This document shows, piece by piece, positions 38,323 to 47,401 of a DNA stretch of 64,000 bases. This DNA comes from an uncultured bacterium (GTDB taxonomy: Bacteria; Latescibacterota; UBA2968; UBA8231), in NCBI GenBank assembly GCA_964011675.1, contig CAXGPR010000006.1, positions 10,611 through 74,610 of the forward strand, given 5' to 3'. How positions within the stretch are numbered: the first letter of the stretch is position 1; each line of letters begins with the position of its first letter. Position numbers and translations under genes: made by a program. The notes beneath the pieces were generated by a model. It had not been told where the DNA came from. It was given only the letters and a program-made list of their open reading frames with translations, and did not search any database.

Positions 38323-39026
38323 CGGATAACATGCTGCGCGTTTCGCTCATAACGCCGACCTACAATGAGCGCGAGAACATACCTATCCTCGCCGAGGAAA
38401 TCTTCTCTGTAATAGGATCCGAGCCCGATATTGATGTGGAGTTAATCGTCGTAGACGACAATTCTCCTGATGGCACCGGCGAGGTGGCAGAAGGACTCAA
38501 AGAAACCTACCCTCTGCAGGTGGTGCATCGCGCTGGCAAACTCGGGCTGGGATCGGCTGTAATGGAGGGCTTTGCTCTTTCGGATCGCGAATACATTGGC
38601 GTTATAGACGCCGACTTGAGCCACGATCCTTCCATACTGCCCCAACTGATTCACGGCCTGAGAGAATACGATATTACCATAGGGAGTCGCTTTGGTGAGA
38701 CGAGCAAGGTTGAAAAGTGGGCCTTACACCGCCGGCTTACCTCGCTGACGGGCGTTGGATTCGCTCGCCTCTTAACGGGTGTCGAAGATCCCCTATCGGG
38801 GTACTTTTTCCTGCACAGAGGAGGACTCGGCGACCTAGAGTTGACCTCTTCTGGGTATAAGATCCTGTTGGAAATCCTGGTGAAGGGGCAGGTTAAGACG
38901 CATATGTCCGTGCCGTTTATCTTTCGCAATAGGCAGTTTAGCCAGAGCAAGCTCAACGCCAAAGAATACGTGCTCTTTGCCAAACAGCTACTCTACTTTA
39001 CCGCGTATAAATTGTTTAAATCTTAG
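38319..39026 (+). CDS. Polyprenol monophosphomannose synthase-like GT2
   Basis: PTYNEREN, VDDNSPDGTG, KLGLGSA, IDADLSHDP, DPLSGYF, GYKILLE. Confidence 0.88.
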   Translation: MTDNMLRVSLITPTYNERENIPILAEEIFSVIGSEPDIDVELIVVDDNSPDGTGEVAEGLKETYPLQVVHRAGKLGLGSAVMEGFALSDREYIGVIDADLSHDPSILPQLIHGLREYDITIGSRFGETSKVEKWALHRRLTSLTGVGFARLLTGVEDPLSGYFFLHRGGLGDLELTSSGYKILLEILVKGQVKTHMSVPFIFRNRQFSQSKLNAKEYVLFAKQLLYFTAYKLFKS

Positions 39027-39044
39027 CGAAGACCGTGATGCAGT

Positions 39045-40730
39045 ATGGAACTTAGCGTCGTCCTCCTCAGCTACAACACGTGTGACCTTACAGAGCAGGC
39101 TTTGCATTCGGTTCGCGCTGCTATCGAAGGTATTGAGGCCGAGATTTTTGTAGTCGATAATGCCTCGCACGACGGTAGCGCCGACATGGTCGAACGCGCC
39201 TTCCCCGACGTTCACCTGCTGAGAAATACGTCTAATACGGGATTTGCAGCCGGTAATAACGTGGCACTGCGCCAAGTGCGGGGCCGCTACGTGCTGCTGC
39301 TCAACACAGATACAATTGTGCGCGTTGATACGTTCCGTCATTTAGTCGATTTTATGGACAGACACCCAGAAGCCGGGGCGGCGGGCTGTAAGATCCTAAA
39401 TCCAGACGGCACGTTGCAGCTGGACAGCCGCCGCGGCTTTCCTACGCCGCTGGCCGCGTTTTGCAAGATGTCCGGCCTCAGTCGCTTTTTTCCCAACCAT
39501 CCGACTATAGCTCGTTACAACATGACGTTTCTCGATCCGGAAGAGTGCGCTGAAGTCGACGTGCTCTCAGGGTCGTGTATGCTCGTGCGTAAAGAGGCGA
39601 TGGACGAGGTTGGACTCCTAGATGAAGACTACTTCATGTATGGAGAAGATATAGACTGGTGCTATCGGATACACCGAGCGGGTTGGAAGATATTTTACAC
39701 GCCGAGCACGGAGATTGTGCACTTTCGCGGTGAGAGCGGGCGCGGCGTGCCGCTGCGGATCCTCTATCGCAAGAGTAAGGCGATGTCGATTTTTGTCGAC
39801 AAGCATATGAAAGAGCGCTACCGTTTTTTTCCCCCTTGGATTTTGCACATTGGCATCGCGCTCTATGGAATGCTTCGCTTCTTGGCCAAGGGTGTTCAGG
39901 CGCTTTTCCTGCCGTTTTTAGATGGGCTGCTGATATTTTTCGGATTAAAGCTGGGCCTGGCCGTCCGCTATCACGAAGCCCTAGCTCCGATCATGCACCA
40001 GATAGAGCGAATCAGCGGGCAAGTTGGCCTAGAGGCCGAGCCGACGCGCTGGCTCTCGCTGCCGCCGTATTCAGACGAACAGTGGCTGATGGTATATGTC
40101 GTTTCAGCGCTGGTATGGCTCCTCACCTTTGCTGCGTTGGGCATGTACGGTCGTCGTCGCTATTCCCCTGTGTGGGCTGTGGTTGGCGTATCGTTGGGCT
40201 TCGCCATTATTCTGACGCTCGTATTTTTCTTCAAGGCGTATAACTTTTCTCGTTTGGCTGCCGGCGCTGCCTGGGCGTGTAACGTCGTTCTGTTGGCCGG
40301 CTGGCGTTTCGGCGTTCGCTGGCTAGGGCGCAAGCGGAGTGCCGTCGGAGATCGCGAGCGAACGCTCTTGGTTGGGGTCGACTCGCAGGCGGAGTTTTTT
40401 ATAGAAAAGTGGAATCAGTACGGCTTTACCGCGAGCGATCTGGTCGGCGTTGTGGACCCCGGCGATGCGACTGGTCCGTCTCTGTTTGCAGGGCGTCCCG
40501 TCGTGGGCAATCACAGCCAGCTCGGCGAACTGCTCGCGTCTTTTCGTATTGATACGCTGATCTTTGTGCCGGGCACGCTTTCGCTGGCACTTGATCACGG
40601 ACAGGAGCGATGGGGGAGGGAAAAGTTGCGCGTATGCATGGTGCCCGTGGGGTTTGCTGAAATGCACGAGGATGAGCACGAGGCGTCGGGCTCCATGCCG
40701 TTGGTTGAGATTACTTCATCAGATAGCTGA
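39045..40730 (+). CDS. GT2 (WbbL-like) fused to a WcaJ/WbaP-type membrane plus Rossmann N-terminal module
   Basis: VVDNASHDGS, LLLNTD, LSGSCM, YFMYGEDIDWC; then TM helices and RTLLVG...LVGVVD...IDTLIF; no Bac_transf catalytic domain. Confidence 0.75.
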   Translation: MELSVVLLSYNTCDLTEQALHSVRAAIEGIEAEIFVVDNASHDGSADMVERAFPDVHLLRNTSNTGFAAGNNVALRQVRGRYVLLLNTDTIVRVDTFRHLVDFMDRHPEAGAAGCKILNPDGTLQLDSRRGFPTPLAAFCKMSGLSRFFPNHPTIARYNMTFLDPEECAEVDVLSGSCMLVRKEAMDEVGLLDEDYFMYGEDIDWCYRIHRAGWKIFYTPSTEIVHFRGESGRGVPLRILYRKSKAMSIFVDKHMKERYRFFPPWILHIGIALYGMLRFLAKGVQALFLPFLDGLLIFFGLKLGLAVRYHEALAPIMHQIERISGQVGLEAEPTRWLSLPPYSDEQWLMVYVVSALVWLLTFAALGMYGRRRYSPVWAVVGVSLGFAIILTLVFFFKAYNFSRLAAGAAWACNVVLLAGWRFGVRWLGRKRSAVGDRERTLLVGVDSQAEFFIEKWNQYGFTASDLVGVVDPGDATGPSLFAGRPVVGNHSQLGELLASFRIDTLIFVPGTLSLALDHGQERWGREKLRVCMVPVGFAEMHEDEHEASGSMPLVEITSSDS

Positions 40731-40745
40731 GAAAACTAGGAGCGC

Positions 40746-42500
40746 GTGGCTAGGAGAGAAGGGGTATTGCTGTCGAGCGGTTTGCTGTTTGTAGCGGTCT
40801 TCGCCGTCGTCTATGTGTTTTCCGACCTGCGCTATGGCACGGCGCGAGAGGGAGGTGAAGACATGTCGCTGGTATTTGAGGTGCGGGAGCGAATTCACAG
40901 CGATTACGTCGACCAAGTTGACAGCCTGCGCGTCATAGACGCAGGTATCGACGGTATGCTGGACGTGCTTTCTGAAGATGACGCCCTCTCGCTTGAGCAG
41001 GATTGGGAAGCAGACCGCTCCGGAGATCGTGCACAGCGCCAGCGTTTAATCGAGGCGTTCAAACTGCTGGAATCATCTCTTAGGGAAACCGTCTCGCCCG
41101 ATTCTCTCGTGCGCGGTTCGATATGGGGTATGCTCGCCGCGCTCGATCCTCACTCCAGCTATTTGGGACCGTCCGACTACGAAGATATGGTCGAGCGTTT
41201 TCGCGGTGACTTTGAGGGAATTGGCATCTACTTTGAAGTCCGCGATGGCAGGCTTCTGGTTATTGCTCCGATTTTTGGATCTCCTTCCCATGGTAAGCTA
41301 CGTGCGGGTGATCACATTGCCGAGATCGAGGGGGTTTCCACGCTGGGTATCAGCGACGAAGAAGTGATGGATAAACTGCGCGGTGCGCGTGGCTCCCTAG
41401 TGCGCGTTGGAGTCGCCCGCCAGGGGCGCGAAGGGTTGCTGCACTACGAGATTCGCCGGGATCGGGTAACCATTCGCAGCGTGCCCTATGCCTATATGCT
41501 GACTCCCGACGTCGGCTATGTCCGCATGGTGCGCTTTGGTGAGACGACGGCAGACGAACTGGATGAGGCCCTAAATGCGCTGCGCGATCAGGGTATGCGT
41601 TCGCTTGTTCTGGATTTGCGTGACAACGGGGGCGGTCTACTGGATCAAGCCGTTGAAGTTGCCGACTTTTTCTTAGACGCAGGCCAACTGATCGTCTATA
41701 CGGAAGGGCGCAAAGGAAATCGCGAGGAATATCGTGCACGCAAGGGGTTAGGTGCATCGTTACCTCTGGTTGTACTGATCAACCGCGGGAGCGCCAGCGC
41801 TTCGGAGATCGTGGCCGGTGCGGTCCAAGATTTAGACATGGGCCTCGTCGCTGGTGAGACGAGCTTTGGCAAGGGGCTAGTACAGGGTCAGTTTCCCTTG
41901 CGCAGGAACGGCGGTTTGCTCTTGCTGACGGTGGCGCGCTATTACACGCCGCTTGGCAGGCTGATTCAGCGTCCCTATACCGACGATGTGCACGCCTACT
42001 ATGAGGAAGGTATCAAAGGGATCGACCCCAGTAGCGTGGATAGCCTGCACGTAGGTAAGTCCGTGTTTTACACTGCGCTGGGCAGGCGCGTATATGGAGG
42101 GGGAGGGATCACGCCGGACGTCATGCTGCCCGCCGAGGAATACAGTGAGTTTGCCGTTGAAATCCTTTCTCAGGGCTATTTGGCTGATTTTTGCGGCTAC
42201 TGGTTGGGTATGCACAGCGATTGGCCGGCTGCATTTTCGGATTATCTGTCGGGGTATGAGGTCGATGGAGAAACGGTTCAGGCGTGGGAGGATTTCGTCT
42301 TTGATAAGATGCCCACGACGAGCGATTCTACGCTCGCAGTACATCGGACTTTCGTGCGCGACCAGCTAAAGGCTGGATTTGCTCGCGTGCTGTGGGGAGA
42401 AGAGGAATATTACCGGGTTTATCTACAGACCGACAAGCAGCTTGAAGCGGCCCTTGCGCATATGGCTGAAGCGGCGGAATTAGTCGCCAGGCGCTATTGA
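40746..42500 (+). CDS. S41A C-terminal processing protease (CtpA/Prc-like)
   Basis: LDPHSSY, FEGIGI (PDZ), LDLRDNGGGLL, GSASASEIVAGA, SFGKGLVQ, TVARYYTP, GGITPD. Confidence 0.92.
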   Translation: MARREGVLLSSGLLFVAVFAVVYVFSDLRYGTAREGGEDMSLVFEVRERIHSDYVDQVDSLRVIDAGIDGMLDVLSEDDALSLEQDWEADRSGDRAQRQRLIEAFKLLESSLRETVSPDSLVRGSIWGMLAALDPHSSYLGPSDYEDMVERFRGDFEGIGIYFEVRDGRLLVIAPIFGSPSHGKLRAGDHIAEIEGVSTLGISDEEVMDKLRGARGSLVRVGVARQGREGLLHYEIRRDRVTIRSVPYAYMLTPDVGYVRMVRFGETTADELDEALNALRDQGMRSLVLDLRDNGGGLLDQAVEVADFFLDAGQLIVYTEGRKGNREEYRARKGLGASLPLVVLINRGSASASEIVAGAVQDLDMGLVAGETSFGKGLVQGQFPLRRNGGLLLLTVARYYTPLGRLIQRPYTDDVHAYYEEGIKGIDPSSVDSLHVGKSVFYTALGRRVYGGGGITPDVMLPAEEYSEFAVEILSQGYLADFCGYWLGMHSDWPAAFSDYLSGYEVDGETVQAWEDFVFDKMPTTSDSTLAVHRTFVRDQLKAGFARVLWGEEEYYRVYLQTDKQLEAALAHMAEAAELVARRY

Positions 42501-42557
42501 TTTTTGCTCGACTTATGCGTATTGTGAACGCTGGTTATTATTCGGAGATTACTACCT

Positions 42558-43259
42558 ATGTCAGGAATTGAAGTTGCAGGGGGCAGGAAGATTATTCTGC
42601 CGATGAGTCGCGCGGTAGAAATTAGCTTGCGCAGCCTTAAAATCCGCTTTGGTCGATCGTTGATTACAACCAGCGGCGTCGTGTTGGCTATCGCATTTCT
42701 AATGTCTGTCTGGAGCAGCAACGAGATCGTTTCAAGTTTACGCGACGTGAACAAGAGCGAAATTAACCTACTGCTGCAAAAGAAGGGCGTAGAAACCGGG
42801 CTCACCGATGGTGGAGCTGAATCGGAGGAGGCCAAGGCGCGCCTGCAGGAAGAGCAGTCTAAGCAGATGTGGCTTATCGGCCTTTCGCTCTTGGTATGCG
42901 TCGTCGGTATCGCCAACGCCATGTTGATGTCGGTAACGGAGCGCTTTCGCGAGATTGGTACGATGAAGTGTCTGGGAGCACTAGACTCGTTTATTGTAAA
43001 ACTGTTCCTGCTCGAGTCGACTTTTCAGGGGGTCGCGGGCACGGCCGCTGGCATTGCCATCGGTTTTCTACTCACGCTTGGATTGGCGCTGCTTGACTAC
43101 GGGGGCTTTGTTATCGACTACTTTCCCGCGGCTGGGATCGTGCAGTCCGCTTTGTATGCGCTGGTCGCCGGCACGCTACTCTCGCTTATTGGCGCTCTGC
43201 TACCCGCCTATCGCGCAGCGAAGATGGAACCCGTTGAAGCAATGCGTTCCGATACTTAA
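42558..43259 (+). CDS. Short FtsX/MacB-like ABC permease
   Basis: RSLITTSGVVLAIAF, GIANAMLMSVTERFREIGTMKCLGA, PAYRAAKMEPVEAMR. Confidence 0.85.
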   Translation: MSGIEVAGGRKIILPMSRAVEISLRSLKIRFGRSLITTSGVVLAIAFLMSVWSSNEIVSSLRDVNKSEINLLLQKKGVETGLTDGGAESEEAKARLQEEQSKQMWLIGLSLLVCVVGIANAMLMSVTERFREIGTMKCLGALDSFIVKLFLLESTFQGVAGTAAGIAIGFLLTLGLALLDYGGFVIDYFPAAGIVQSALYALVAGTLLSLIGALLPAYRAAKMEPVEAMRSDT

Positions 43260-43277
43260 TACAAGAGGAAACCACTG

Positions 43278-44051
43278 ATGAGCCAGGCGCAAGAACAAGC
43301 GGGCACGACGGTTGAGATGGAAGAACAGCGGACCGTTGTGCGAACGCAGCAGGTGAAGAAGTTGTACAAGATGGGTGAGATTGAAGTGCACGCTCTGCGC
43401 GGTGTAGATATGGAAATCTATACGGGCGAGTATTTGTCAATCATGGGGCCTTCTGGATCGGGTAAGAGCACGTTTTTCAACATGGTGGGTGGCCTAGACA
43501 AGCCGTCTGAAGGTAAAGTCTACATAGATGAGGTCGACGTAGCTCAGCTCGACGCCTACGAGCTTGCGTGGCTGCGCTGTAGAAAAATTGGCTATATCTT
43601 CCAATCATTCAACCTGATACCGGTTATGACGGCGCTAGAAAATGTCACGCTGCCGATGGTGTTTGCGGGATTGACGAGCGACGAAGCGCGCGACAAGGGG
43701 ATGGAGTTGTTGGGGAAAGTGGGTCTGGCAGAGCGATACGCGCACAAACCAAACGAGCTGTCCGGTGGACAGCAGCAGCGCGTGGCCGTGGCGCGTGCGT
43801 TGGCCAACGATCCGGCCGTTGTGCTGGCCGACGAGCCTACGGCTAACCTCGACTTGCGCACGGGCACGGAAATAATCGAACTGCTGCGCGAGATGAACAA
43901 GGATTCTGGCGTTACGATCATTTCGGCGACCCATGATCACAAGATGCTGAGCGTATCTGATCGCGTTGTGTGGGTCAAAGACGGTCAAGTAGATCGAGTA
44001 GCAAACCGCGAAGACCTTGATATTGAGGTGACGCACGTAGAAGGGGAGTAG
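43278..44051 (+). CDS. ABC ATP-binding protein, LolD/MacB-like
   Basis: GPSGSGKST, FQSFNL, LSGGQQQRVAVARAL, LADEPTANLD, ATHD. Confidence 0.93.
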   Translation: MSQAQEQAGTTVEMEEQRTVVRTQQVKKLYKMGEIEVHALRGVDMEIYTGEYLSIMGPSGSGKSTFFNMVGGLDKPSEGKVYIDEVDVAQLDAYELAWLRCRKIGYIFQSFNLIPVMTALENVTLPMVFAGLTSDEARDKGMELLGKVGLAERYAHKPNELSGGQQQRVAVARALANDPAVVLADEPTANLDLRTGTEIIELLREMNKDSGVTIISATHDHKMLSVSDRVVWVKDGQVDRVANREDLDIEVTHVEGE

Positions 44052-44833
44052 TGCTTCCAGCTTATTCGGCTGAAGTTTGGGCCTGCGCTATTTGCGCAGT
44101 GCTGTTGATGGGGGTGGCCAAGGCGGGGTTCGGCGGGGGTATTGGCATTATAGCCACGCCGCTTTTAGCGCTTGCCATGCCCGTTGCTGATGCGGCTGCA
44201 CTAATGCTTCCCTTGCTCATTGCCTGCGACGTTTTCGCGATACGACACTATCGCGAAAATTACGACCGTAAGAGCATCAAGAGGCTTCTGCCCGGCGCCT
44301 GTATAGGCATAGGAGCAGGGGCCTTCTTTTTTGGCTATTTCAGCCAGCACGAACGCATCTTGGAAGTGGGCTTAGGGGCTTTGGCGCTCGTATTTGTCCT
44401 TTTTCAGGTTGGGCGTTCCTTTGTGTTGGGTGCGGCACAGAAGCGCCATCCCGGCCCGGCCGAGGGCGTTCTGATGGGGGCTTTTTCTGGCTTTACTTCT
44501 ACGATCGCGCACGCTGGTGCACCGCCCGTAGTCGTGTATTTACTGCCGCAGCAGCTGCCGCGGCAGCAGTTTGTCGGTACGACGGTTGTGTTTTTTGCAG
44601 CGCTCAATCTCATAAAAGTCCCTCCTTATTGGGGATTGGGTCTTTTTCACTACGACATTTTTAAGATGACCCTTTTGCTTGCGCCCCTGGCCTATGCAGG
44701 CGTTAAATTGGGCGTATTTCTCAACGCACATTGCACGGATTTATGGTTCAACCGAGTGGTGTATGGCGTGCTCGTTCTGACGGCTGTTCAGCTGATGACA
44801 GGTTCCAGTTTACTCGAGCTGCTACGCCCGTGA
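44051..44833 (+). CDS. TauE/SafE family anion exporter
   Basis: MGVAKAGFGGG, HAGAPP, FVGT, NLIKVPPY; about 8 TM helices. Confidence 0.85.
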   Translation: MLPAYSAEVWACAICAVLLMGVAKAGFGGGIGIIATPLLALAMPVADAAALMLPLLIACDVFAIRHYRENYDRKSIKRLLPGACIGIGAGAFFFGYFSQHERILEVGLGALALVFVLFQVGRSFVLGAAQKRHPGPAEGVLMGAFSGFTSTIAHAGAPPVVVYLLPQQLPRQQFVGTTVVFFAALNLIKVPPYWGLGLFHYDIFKMTLLLAPLAYAGVKLGVFLNAHCTDLWFNRVVYGVLVLTAVQLMTGSSLLELLRP

Positions 44834-44880
44834 GGTTTGAACATCATCTATTGGTTTAAGCCGATCCTAGAGGAGACGAT

Positions 44881-46335
44881 ATGCGAATAGCCGTGGCGGG
44901 ATTTGCTCATGAGTCAAATACCTTTTATTCACAGCCCACTCGACTGGGAGATTTTGGCGTGTGTGAGGGAGAGGCCATTCTATCACACTATGCCAGTACG
45001 TTTCATGAGATTGCCGGATACATAGCCGGAGCCGAGCAGTTCGGGTATGATATCTTCCCGATAGTGGCTGCAGGAGCGACGCCTGCTGCTGCGGTCGAAT
45101 GGGAGGCCTATGAGCACTTTGTGGGGCGGATACTCGACGGCCTGCAAGAAGGGCCTCGAGTAGACGGCATACTACTAGCGTTGCACGGGGCTATGGTAGC
45201 TGAGGCGTATCCACACGGAGATGCTGAAACCGTGCGTAGAGTGCGTGAGTTAGTCGGAGACGATGTGCCGATTGCCGTTACACACGACTACCACGCCAAC
45301 GTGCCTCCCGAACTAGTCGAGGCCGCTGATGCGCTTGTGATTTATAAAACGAACCCGCATATCGACCAGCGCGAGTGCGGTTTGCAGGCGGCTTCTATTC
45401 TTGCGCGTACGATCCGCGGCGAGATCAAGCCGACTATGGCGTTGGCCAAGCCCGAGGTGCTGTTCAATATATATCACCACAACACGAGTGTGGCTCCCAT
45501 GCAGCCGCTAATGCAGAAGGCCATAGAACTCGAGGGACAGGAAGGTATACTCGCCTGCAGCATTGCCGCGGGATATCAGTATGCCGACGTGCCGCATATG
45601 GGCCCCTCTGTGGTTGTTATTACCGATGGCGATGAGGAGCGCGCCCAGCGCGAAGCGCGTACGATTGAGCAGGCGATATGGGACGTGCGTGAGCAGCTCA
45701 AGCCGCAGGTGGCTAATCCTCAGCAGGCCGTGCAGCAGGCAATAGAAGGCAGTGAGTTTCCCGTGTGTTTGCTCGACTTCGGCGATAATATAGGCGGAGG
45801 GTCTTCGGGGGACTCGACGTTTGTGCTTGAGGAACTCGTGCGTCAGCAGGCTGAAAAATGGGTGTGCACTCTCTGGGATCCAGAGAGCGTGCAGGCCTGC
45901 TTCGAGGCTGGAATAGGCGCCGAAGTCGCTTTGCGTGTCGGGGGTAAAACCGACGACGTGCACGGTTCTACGCTGTCAATTGAGGGCCGCGTCCGGACGC
46001 TGCATGACGGCTCGTATGAAGAGACCGAGCGCCGGCACGGCGGCGGCCGGTTTTTTAATCAGGGGCTCACCGCGGTGGTCGACGTGCAGGGCAAGGGACT
46101 CCTCGTGCTCAACAGCAGTCGGTCTTCGCCCAATAGCATACATCAGATCACCTGCGTGGGTATCCAACCTTCTCAGCAAAAGATTTTGGTTGCCAAAGGA
46201 GCGGTTGCTCCGCGCGCTGCCTATGAGCCCGTCAGTGCGCGTTTGATTGAGGTTGCTTCGGGCGGCGCTACGGCTATTCTCCGCTCATCGGAGGAATACG
46301 CGCAGGCGCGCAAGACGCTTTACGAATGGCAGTAA
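44881..46335 (+). CDS. M81 (MlrC-like) metallopeptidase
   Basis: FAHESNTF, LALHGAM, DYHANV, YKTNPHID, DFGDNIGGG, LVAKGA. Confidence 0.9.
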   Translation: MRIAVAGFAHESNTFYSQPTRLGDFGVCEGEAILSHYASTFHEIAGYIAGAEQFGYDIFPIVAAGATPAAAVEWEAYEHFVGRILDGLQEGPRVDGILLALHGAMVAEAYPHGDAETVRRVRELVGDDVPIAVTHDYHANVPPELVEAADALVIYKTNPHIDQRECGLQAASILARTIRGEIKPTMALAKPEVLFNIYHHNTSVAPMQPLMQKAIELEGQEGILACSIAAGYQYADVPHMGPSVVVITDGDEERAQREARTIEQAIWDVREQLKPQVANPQQAVQQAIEGSEFPVCLLDFGDNIGGGSSGDSTFVLEELVRQQAEKWVCTLWDPESVQACFEAGIGAEVALRVGGKTDDVHGSTLSIEGRVRTLHDGSYEETERRHGGGRFFNQGLTAVVDVQGKGLLVLNSSRSSPNSIHQITCVGIQPSQQKILVAKGAVAPRAAYEPVSARLIEVASGGATAILRSSEEYAQARKTLYEWQ

Positions 46336-46357
46336 TTTTACATACAAGGAGTCTATC

Positions 46358-47401
46358 GTGACGCTTCGAATTGGTATCATCGGTGCGGGTGCCAATACCC
46401 GCCTTCAGCATATTCCCGGCTTTCGCTCTATTCCAGACGTTGAGATTACGGCCGTGTGTAACCGCTCCCTCACCTCGAGTCAGCGTGCAGCAGAGGAGCT
46501 GGATATTCCGCATGCATTTGAAGATTGGAAGGCGCTGGTACATTCCGACAGCGTTGACGCGGTGTGTATTGGAACATGGCCCTACATGCACTGTCCCATT
46601 TCGCTAGAAGCTTTATCAGCGGGTAAGCACGTGCTGACGGAAGCGCGTATGTGTATGAATCTGGCCGAAGCTAGGCAAATGCAGGCGGCGGCCGTCGCTA
46701 GCGACGGCGTTGCGATGATTGTTCCAGCGCCGATGTATTTGGCGGCAGAGCCGCTCTTACTAAAGATGTTAGAAGACGGTTTCTTCGGTGATCTCATCGA
46801 AATCGAAGTGCGCGGTTTGGGGGGCGTCTACAATCCAGACACTCCGTTGCACTGGCGTCAGCGGCGGGATTTTTCGGGGCAAAACATAATGACCTTGGGC
46901 ATTCTCAACGAGACGGTGCGTCGCTATGCCGGCCACGAAAAGCACGTGCTAGCCAATAGCGCGACGTTTACAGCGGAGCGCGTGGACTCAGAGTATGGAT
47001 TGGTGCGTCCAGTCGATGTGCCCGATAGCTTGGGCGTTTTGGCAGAGCTGGAAAACGGCGCCCAGGCGGTTTATCATCTTAGCAGCGTTGCTCGCTTGGG
47101 AGATGGTTCGACGTTTGAATTTTACGGGACAAAAGGCAGCTTCAAAATGGAGGGTGGATCTGCCATTGAACCTGGGCGCGTGTGGATCGCCGGCTCAGAC
47201 GACGCTTCCTATCGTCCGTTGGAAGTGCCCGAACTGCCGCGCAATGCTTGGCGTGTGGAGGAAGATTTTATCGATGCGATTTTACAGGGGCGTGCGGTAA
47301 CGCATACTCATTTCGACGACGGCGTGCGCTACATGCAGTTTACGGAAGCCGTTCAGGTCAGTCTAGCCGAGGGCCGCAAGGTGGCGCTAGATGAGCTCTA
47401 G
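46358..47401 (+). CDS. Gfo/Idh/MocA family oxidoreductase
   Basis: IGIIGAGANT, DAVCIGTWPYMH, GKHVLTEARM; GTG start at 46358 after an AAGGAG RBS. Confidence 0.85.
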   Translation: MTLRIGIIGAGANTRLQHIPGFRSIPDVEITAVCNRSLTSSQRAAEELDIPHAFEDWKALVHSDSVDAVCIGTWPYMHCPISLEALSAGKHVLTEARMCMNLAEARQMQAAAVASDGVAMIVPAPMYLAAEPLLLKMLEDGFFGDLIEIEVRGLGGVYNPDTPLHWRQRRDFSGQNIMTLGILNETVRRYAGHEKHVLANSATFTAERVDSEYGLVRPVDVPDSLGVLAELENGAQAVYHLSSVARLGDGSTFEFYGTKGSFKMEGGSAIEPGRVWIAGSDDASYRPLEVPELPRNAWRVEEDFIDAILQGRAVTHTHFDDGVRYMQFTEAVQVSLAEGRKVALDEL

